From Staphylothermus marinus F1 (GTDB lineage Archaea; Thermoproteota; Thermoprotei_A; Sulfolobales; Desulfurococcaceae), in the NCBI RefSeq assembly GCF_000015945.1, contig NC_009033.1, forward strand, positions 1,260,001 through 1,292,000: 32,000 nucleotides of DNA. The letters are read 5' to 3'. Under the pieces are notes generated by a model. The model saw nothing but the letters and a program-made list of their open reading frames with translations, did not search any database and was not told where the DNA came from. Position numbers and translations under genes: made by a program. Positions 26,630-32,000 of the stretch are shown piece by piece (position 1 is the first letter of the stretch; each line of letters opens with the position of its first letter).

Positions 26630-27616
26630 GTGTACGTTTTGGCTGAAAAGCTACTAGAGGTTAGTCATCTGAAGACATATTTTTACACAACGAAGGGTAT
26701 AGTTAGAGCTGTTGATGACGTATCTTTTGAGCTCAATAAAGGAGAGGTATTAGGAATAGCTGGAGAATCCGGCTGTGGTAAGAGCACGACAGCATATTCA
26801 TTGATTAGACTAGTACCGCCTCCTGGAAGAATTGTTTCTGGCGAAATAATTTTTGAAGGAGAAAATCTTCTTAAACTGAGTGAAGACGAGTTTAGGAAAA
26901 AGATCAGATGGAAAAAGATCAGTATGATCTTTCAGGGAGCAATGAACGCTTTAAACCCCGTATTTACCGTTGGAGACCAAATAGCAGAAGTATTAATGCT
27001 TCATAAAGGGTTAACCAAGAAGGAGGCTATGGAAGAAGTATATAAATTATTGGAAATGGTCGGGATCAACCGTAGGAGAGCTCGGAGTTATCCACACGAG
27101 TTATCCGGAGGCATGAAACAACGTGTAATGATAGCAATGGCTCTAGCACTACAACCACCCCTAGTAATAGCTGATGAGCCTACAACGGCATTAGATGTCG
27201 TAGTTCAAGCACAAATAATGAATTTATTGAAGAAGCTGCAGAGAGAACAAAAAATGTCAATTATACTTATCACACATGATCTAAGCCTAATCGCTGAAAT
27301 AGCTGATAAAGTTGCAATCATGTATGCTGGAAAAATAGTTGAATATGGAAAGGCCGAGCATATCTACTACAATCCACAACATCCATATACACAGGGATTA
27401 CTAAAAAGTATCCCTAGGATAAGAGGAGAAATATCAAAGCTAGAATGGATCCCTGGAACGCCACCAGACTTATTAACACCACCTCCAGGCTGTAGATTTG
27501 CTCCTAGATGCAAATATGTAATGGATATTTGTAGGAAAGAAGAACCACCCATGGTAGAAGTTGAGCCAGGACACTATGTTTCATGTTGGCTTTACGCAAA
27601 AAAGTCTGAAGGGTGA
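26630..27616 (+). CDS. ABC transporter ATP-binding protein, oligopeptide/dipeptide (DppD/OppD) type
   Basis: Walker [10 protein letters not shown], signature LSGGMKQR, Walker [14 protein letters not shown]-loop ITHD, and the C-terminal oligopeptide-type extension (HPYT..L....P). The real start is possibly TTG 26639, after GAGGTG. Confidence 0.9.
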   Translation: MYVLAEKLLEVSHLKTYFYTTKGIVRAVDDVSFELNKGEVLGIAGESGCGKSTTAYSLIRLVPPPGRIVSGEIIFEGENLLKLSEDEFRKKIRWKKISMIFQGAMNALNPVFTVGDQIAEVLMLHKGLTKKEAMEEVYKLLEMVGINRRRARSYPHELSGGMKQRVMIAMALALQPPLVIADEPTTALDVVVQAQIMNLLKKLQREQKMSIILITHDLSLIAEIADKVAIMYAGKIVEYGKAEHIYYNPQHPYTQGLLKSIPRIRGEISKLEWIPGTPPDLLTPPPGCRFAPRCKYVMDICRKEEPPMVEVEPGHYVSCWLYAKKSEG

Positions 27617-27621
27617 AATAA

Positions 27622-28779
27622 ATGGCTGAAACTGCATCTATAAATGTATATAGGCCTGTTCCAGATGATAAAACTGTATTGTTCGTGGATAATCTGAGAA
27701 CATGGTTCCCAATACGTAGAAGCTTCACAGAAGTCATTAGAAGAGCTCCTAGAAGATATGTTCACGCAGTAGACGGAGTATCATTTAAAGTTGAAGAAGG
27801 AGATGTTTTCGGATTAGCCGGAGAATCGGGTTGTGGCAAAACAACAACTGGCAAGACTATTTTAAGACTTGTAGATCCAACATCGGGTGTTATTGGATAC
27901 CGTCCCAGAAAGAGATTACTTGATGAATGGAAAGAAATCGGCTATGAGCCTCCGGTTATAGATAAATATGGCGACATAGACATTGCCAGAGTCCCATCAA
28001 AGTTTCTCAAACCACTTAGAAAAGAAATGCAAATAATATTCCAGGACCCTTATGGAAGCTTAAACCCCAGAGCAACAATATACAAAATACTTGAAGAACC
28101 ATTGATCATACACCGTGTCGGAGTAACTAAGGATGAAAGAGTAGACATCGTTGCTAGAGCACTCGAAGAAGTCAAGCTCACTCCTCCCGAAGACTTCATG
28201 TATCGTTACCCCCATATGTTATCTGGTGGTCAAAGACAACGTGTAGGTATTGCAAGAGCGTTAATTCTACAACCAAGATTCATAGTTGCAGATGAGCCTG
28301 TATCAATGCTGGACGTATCCATTAGAGCAGAAATACTCGAGTTAATGATGGATTTAAAGAAGAAACTTAATCTTACATATATATTCATAACACACGACCT
28401 AGCGGTTGCAAGGTATATTACAAACAAGCTAGCAATAATGTATCTAGGAAAAATAGTAGAAATGGGAGAAACACGTAGAATACTTGAAAACCCAATGCAT
28501 CCATACACAAAAGCATTAATTGAAGCAATACCAGAACCAGATCCTAAGAATAGGGAAAGAATAAGAAATGTACCAATAAAAGGCGAAGTTCCAAGCGCAA
28601 TTAATATACCTCCCGGATGTAGATTCCACCCCAGATGTGTAAGCTACGACCAACACCCAGAACTACAAAGATACTGTAGAACCGTTGAGCCATCATTAAT
28701 TGAGATCGAAAAGAATCACTGGGTTTCATGCTGGCTTTATGGAAACCCCGAAGAAATAATTAAAATGATAAGAAAATAA
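27622..28779 (+). CDS. ABC transporter ATP-binding protein, oligopeptide/dipeptide (DppF/OppF) type
   Basis: Walker [10 protein letters not shown], signature LSGGQRQR, Walker B FIVADEPVSMLD, ITHD, and the HPYT C-terminal domain. 385 aa, with an insertion after Walker A. Confidence 0.9.
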   Translation: MAETASINVYRPVPDDKTVLFVDNLRTWFPIRRSFTEVIRRAPRRYVHAVDGVSFKVEEGDVFGLAGESGCGKTTTGKTILRLVDPTSGVIGYRPRKRLLDEWKEIGYEPPVIDKYGDIDIARVPSKFLKPLRKEMQIIFQDPYGSLNPRATIYKILEEPLIIHRVGVTKDERVDIVARALEEVKLTPPEDFMYRYPHMLSGGQRQRVGIARALILQPRFIVADEPVSMLDVSIRAEILELMMDLKKKLNLTYIFITHDLAVARYITNKLAIMYLGKIVEMGETRRILENPMHPYTKALIEAIPEPDPKNRERIRNVPIKGEVPSAINIPPGCRFHPRCVSYDQHPELQRYCRTVEPSLIEIEKNHWVSCWLYGNPEEIIKMIRK

Positions 28780-28791
28780 TTCAAGCCTTTT

Positions 28792-29316
28792 TTACCGTAT
28801 ACTTGCTCTAAGCATAATGATCCTGTACAAACTAACCAATACAGCAACATTACCAATCATAGCAAGGAAAAACGCTGGAAGAACTAAGAAATTATATGGC
28901 TTATATATTCTTTCAATAATGAACGAATAAGAAACATTACCTTCAACATATGTAACATTAAACCTTGCCAGTCCCGGCAAAACTATGTTTACCTTCTTCA
29001 AAACTGTCAAATTATATACATTTACTTTGCCACGAGTACCGAGAACTATAACCCCACGATCACCTGTAATGGATAACTTAGTCCTATAAGACGAACTATT
29101 CAGATAGAGATATAAAACAGTTGAATTCATAGGTATGTGTGTAAAGTTTTTATCAATATATCTGTTTTCACGATAGATAGGGTTCACTGCTACATATAGA
29201 TCACTTATGAAGATCAATAATAAGGCTGAAACAGCTAACAATCCCCCAATAATGGCTATTATTATCTCTCTTTTCATCAATCTCTTAATATCCTGTTCCA
29301 TCCACTCCTCCCCCAT
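28792..29316 (-). CDS. hypothetical bitopic membrane protein (N- and C-terminal TM helices, extracytoplasmic beta-rich middle with several N-x-S/T sequons)
   Basis: 174-aa ORF. Hydrophobic helices at about aa 18-40 and aa 145-165. Sequons NFT, NST, NSS, NLT, NVT, NVS. Confidence 0.5.
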   Translation of the reverse strand: MGEEWMEQDIKRLMKREIIIAIIGGLLAVSALLLIFISDLYVAVNPIYRENRYIDKNFTHIPMNSTVLYLYLNSSSYRTKLSITGDRGVIVLGTRGKVNVYNLTVLKKVNIVLPGLARFNVTYVEGNVSYSFIIERIYKPYNFLVLPAFFLAMIGNVAVLVSLYRIIMLRASIR

Positions 29317-29694
29317 TGTTTATCTATACTATTTTCTATATGTTTTATCATGTGCTAACCGAGTTTTCTAGTATTCTTATATATTGTCCCCATAATTACA
29401 TTCGCTTTTTCCCACTATCATTCTTTTCTCTAAGACTATACACCATGGACTTTGCACAATTTTGTGTATCATGTTTATTCTAGATCTTTCCGTATTAATA
29501 GCTTAGAACGATCTTGTTATTTTTGTCTTAGAAGATAAAACGTACTGTTTGAACTCCAGTAAATATGATTATCACTGTGCAATCCCATTTTTGGGGAAAT
29601 ATTATATTTTTACATATGTTCATGGTCAAATATTTTGCCCATATATAAATCAAAATATTGAAACATATATTCCTATAAAAACTTTTTTAAGGAA

Positions 29695-29719
29695 TCACTG
29701 ATTAATTGTTTAACAGTGA
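29695..29719. promoter_or_regulatory. inverted repeat TCACTG-N13-CAGTGA between a TATA-like box (CTATAAAA, ~29673) and the binding-protein start codon; candidate operator
   Basis: Perfect 6-bp arms read directly from the sequence. The position overlaps the expected transcription start. No known regulator motif recognised. Confidence 0.3.
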
Positions 29720-29747
29720 GACTAAAGGAAGCATTTAAATGGGGTGT

Positions 29748-32000
29748 ATGATTGTGAATTATAAACTCTTGGTTGGAATCATAGCATTAGCTATAGTAAT
29801 ATTATCATTTACTCCCCCAATTCCAATGGCTCAAAACCAAGGACAACCAGTAACCGAGATAACCTGGACAACATCGACACAGGAAGAACCAGCTATACTA
29901 CAGGTTGCGCAGGGTCAAGCAGATGTATTTGCTTGGTCAGTGCCGTTATATAAATATGATGCGATTGATCCACAGTATCGTCAGAACTTGAAACTAATTA
30001 GGTCAACAACTACATATGTTGACATAGCATTAAACCCAGCAGCCAACGTGATCGATCCTAATGCAAATGGTACAGTAGAACTAGTTGATAAAAACCTAAC
30101 TGGTAGACAAATACCAGGACTACTCGTATGGGATCCACCGACAAACTGGGTAAACTGGACACAGATAGGACAAAACATTTCTTGGAGCCAAGTCCACTTT
30201 AACCCATGGGGCATCCGCGAGATGAGATATGCTCTAGAATTCCTAATAGACAGAGACCTAATTGTTAGAAAGATCTATGGTGGAAGCGCTGCACCTGCAT
30301 TAGGAGCAATTAGACCCAGTCATCCATGGTATGATCATGCTAAACAAATATATGAACAACTAGGATTAACTCCGACCGGCGACAAACAAAAGGCACAACA
30401 GATCTTCTTAAATGCATTAAACAAGGTTAGGCAGATCTATCAACAATACGGAATGGATCTTCAGTTAAGAGACGCTTCTGACGCTCCTGGAGGAAAATGG
30501 CTGTATTTTGTGAAAGGTGATGGTAGCGAGGAACCTGTAACTGTCTACTTTGTAATACGTGTAGAAGATGAGAGATTATATATTGGTAGACAAATCGCTG
30601 ATTGGATAGAGAAATACTTCTACATACATGTAGAAAGAATAGAGAAAGAAAGAAGTGTAGTAACACCTGTAATTTATGGAACAAACCCAGTAACAACTAG
30701 CACTGCACTAGGCGGAGTAGTATGGAGCATGTATACTGAAGGATGGGTAAGCATGGGCGAAGACATTGATGTATGGGCAAGATATGATACAGCATTCTTC
30801 TATGCACCACTAAGAGGATATGGTCCAAACCACCAAGTCAAAACGTGGTGGTACTGGTTTAACAGGACAATGTATGAAAAAGGAGTAGACCTATATTATG
30901 GTACATATACTGAGAAAAACGTAGACCAATTATTCAATGAGATCGCATGGATGCTGAGAGCTGGTATTGAACAATCCATAAGAGTATTCGTAACAGAAAA
31001 CTGGGAATACACAGCTGTCAACAAGGACAGAGTAGTTTCTCTAATTCCAGGAAAGGCCAGTGGATTCTGGACACCATGGGCTATAAGAACATTGACAACA
31101 ACTGATGGAAAACTAAAGATCATTGAATACTCATCATCTGGAGCATTATTCATGAGTGCATGGAACACTGTGCTAGGATTCACTGATGTATACAGCGAGT
31201 TAATGGGTAGGCAAATAAGAGACTTCGCATTCTACAGCAGACCTGATACAGGTATTCCAGAGCCGGTACGTGTACAAAGCTTCGATGTTGAACGCGGAAA
31301 CTTCACAATACCAAATGATGCCTACGTATATGATCCTGTACAGGACAAGTGGGTTAACATACAGAACATGAATGATCAGGCAGCAGACTACTTCTACGGC
31401 GGCAAGCCTACATCGGCACCTGTAAAGGTCATATTAAACTACAAGTTTGGTAAATGGCATGATGGATCAGACATAACAATGGCTGATGTCCTATACTGGT
31501 ATGGATTCTACTGGGAATGGAGCTTTGATGATTCACGAGTCACTAATGAAACTGATCCATACTATGATCCAGAAATAGATTCTAGTATGTCATGGATTAT
31601 GGGCACTATTTATGGTATTAAGGTACTCAACAGCACTGCTATTGAAATCTATACATCATATGATGACGTATATAAAGTACTAGTTGCAGCACAAGTTGCA
31701 TTCTGGCCTGATGTACCATGGCATGTGATGGCTGCCGCAGAGTATTTGATTGTGAACAAGGAAACACCGCCAGGTTCATCCTATCCATTCGGATGGACCG
31801 ATCGTGAAGGACAAAGTGTTGGCATAAGCTTCATTGATCCAGGACATGCATCAAAAATACAGAGCGCATTACAAACTCTACAATCACAAAACTTCATACC
31901 ACCATACATATCAACATTCCCAGGATTAACAGTTAATGATGCATCAACAAGATACACAGATGCAATCAACTTTATAACAACATACGGACATGCCATGATC
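29748..32000 (+). CDS. ABC transporter substrate-binding protein, family 5 (peptide/oligosaccharide type); partial, runs off the right edge
   Basis: Not in the ORF track because it is open at the window edge. My translation from ATG 29748 (after GGGGTG) gives MIVNYKLLVGIIALAIVILSF... (signal/anchor), then 751 codons with no stop to position 32000. Trp/Tyr-rich with family-5-like segments (FNPWGIREMRYALEFLIDRDLIV, VWSMYTEGW). Four minus-strand track ORFs inside it are shadows. Confidence 0.7.
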   Translation, partial: MIVNYKLLVGIIALAIVILSFTPPIPMAQNQGQPVTEITWTTSTQEEPAILQVAQGQADVFAWSVPLYKYDAIDPQYRQNLKLIRSTTTYVDIALNPAANVIDPNANGTVELVDKNLTGRQIPGLLVWDPPTNWVNWTQIGQNISWSQVHFNPWGIREMRYALEFLIDRDLIVRKIYGGSAAPALGAIRPSHPWYDHAKQIYEQLGLTPTGDKQKAQQIFLNALNKVRQIYQQYGMDLQLRDASDAPGGKWLYFVKGDGSEEPVTVYFVIRVEDERLYIGRQIADWIEKYFYIHVERIEKERSVVTPVIYGTNPVTTSTALGGVVWSMYTEGWVSMGEDIDVWARYDTAFFYAPLRGYGPNHQVKTWWYWFNRTMYEKGVDLYYGTYTEKNVDQLFNEIAWMLRAGIEQSIRVFVTENWEYTAVNKDRVVSLIPGKASGFWTPWAIRTLTTTDGKLKIIEYSSSGALFMSAWNTVLGFTDVYSELMGRQIRDFAFYSRPDTGIPEPVRVQSFDVERGNFTIPNDAYVYDPVQDKWVNIQNMNDQAADYFYGGKPTSAPVKVILNYKFGKWHDGSDITMADVLYWYGFYWEWSFDDSRVTNETDPYYDPEIDSSMSWIMGTIYGIKVLNSTAIEIYTSYDDVYKVLVAAQVAFWPDVPWHVMAAAEYLIVNKETPPGSSYPFGWTDREGQSVGISFIDPGHASKIQSALQTLQSQNFIPPYISTFPGLTVNDASTRYTDAINFITTYGHAMI

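Noticed and set aside
29981-31996. Four minus-strand track ORFs (29981..30214, 30427..30696, 30896..31183, 31781..31996)
   Set aside because: All lie inside one continuous plus-strand frame of 751 codons (29748..32000) that encodes a family-5 substrate-binding protein and is open at the window edge.
1-32000. Scan for CRISPR arrays, tandem repeats, IS elements and rRNA genes
   Set aside because: I found no regularly spaced direct repeats, no transposase/integrase-like ORFs and no rRNA-like conserved blocks. The only long-range repeat is the 12-nt inverted match between 19829..19840 and 24665..24676, explained by the split tRNA.

Overview
Visibly AT-rich archaeal chromosomal window. TBP, NucS/EndoMS, an Sm-like protein, a GPN-loop GTPase, an ATP-dependent DNA ligase and GGTG/GAGGTG ribosome-binding motifs point to a hyperthermophilic crenarchaeote. 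It looks Desulfurococcales-like and reminds me of Staphylothermus, but I cannot verify that here. About 35 protein genes are tightly packed, mostly housekeeping: DNA repair and replication, NAD synthesis, CBS-domain proteins, methyltransferases, phosphoesterases, membrane proteins, and part of a peptide/sugar-type ABC transporter. No CRISPR array, transposase or integrase is visible. The main result is a split tRNA-Lys(CUU) gene. A 5' half (tRNA positions 1-30, 19846..19876, minus) and a 3' half (positions 31-73, 24612..24654, minus) lie about 4.7 kb apart, each behind its own TATA-like box. The 5' trailer and 3' leader are perfectly complementary over 12 GC-rich bp, and the paired halves fold into a canonical bulge-helix-bulge splicing motif at position 30/31. 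Standard tRNA finders and ORF-based annotation would miss it. Split tRNA genes are known in Nanoarchaeum and Caldivirga, and I recall a report for Desulfurococcales, so the class is not new. Secondary observations: three GC-rich intergenic islands with C/D-box sRNA architecture; a minimal GGDEF/palm-like cyclase-fold protein translationally coupled to an M48 (HtpX-like) membrane protease; and a secreted, C-terminally anchored protein with an N-terminal Lon-protease-like (S16) Ser-Lys domain.
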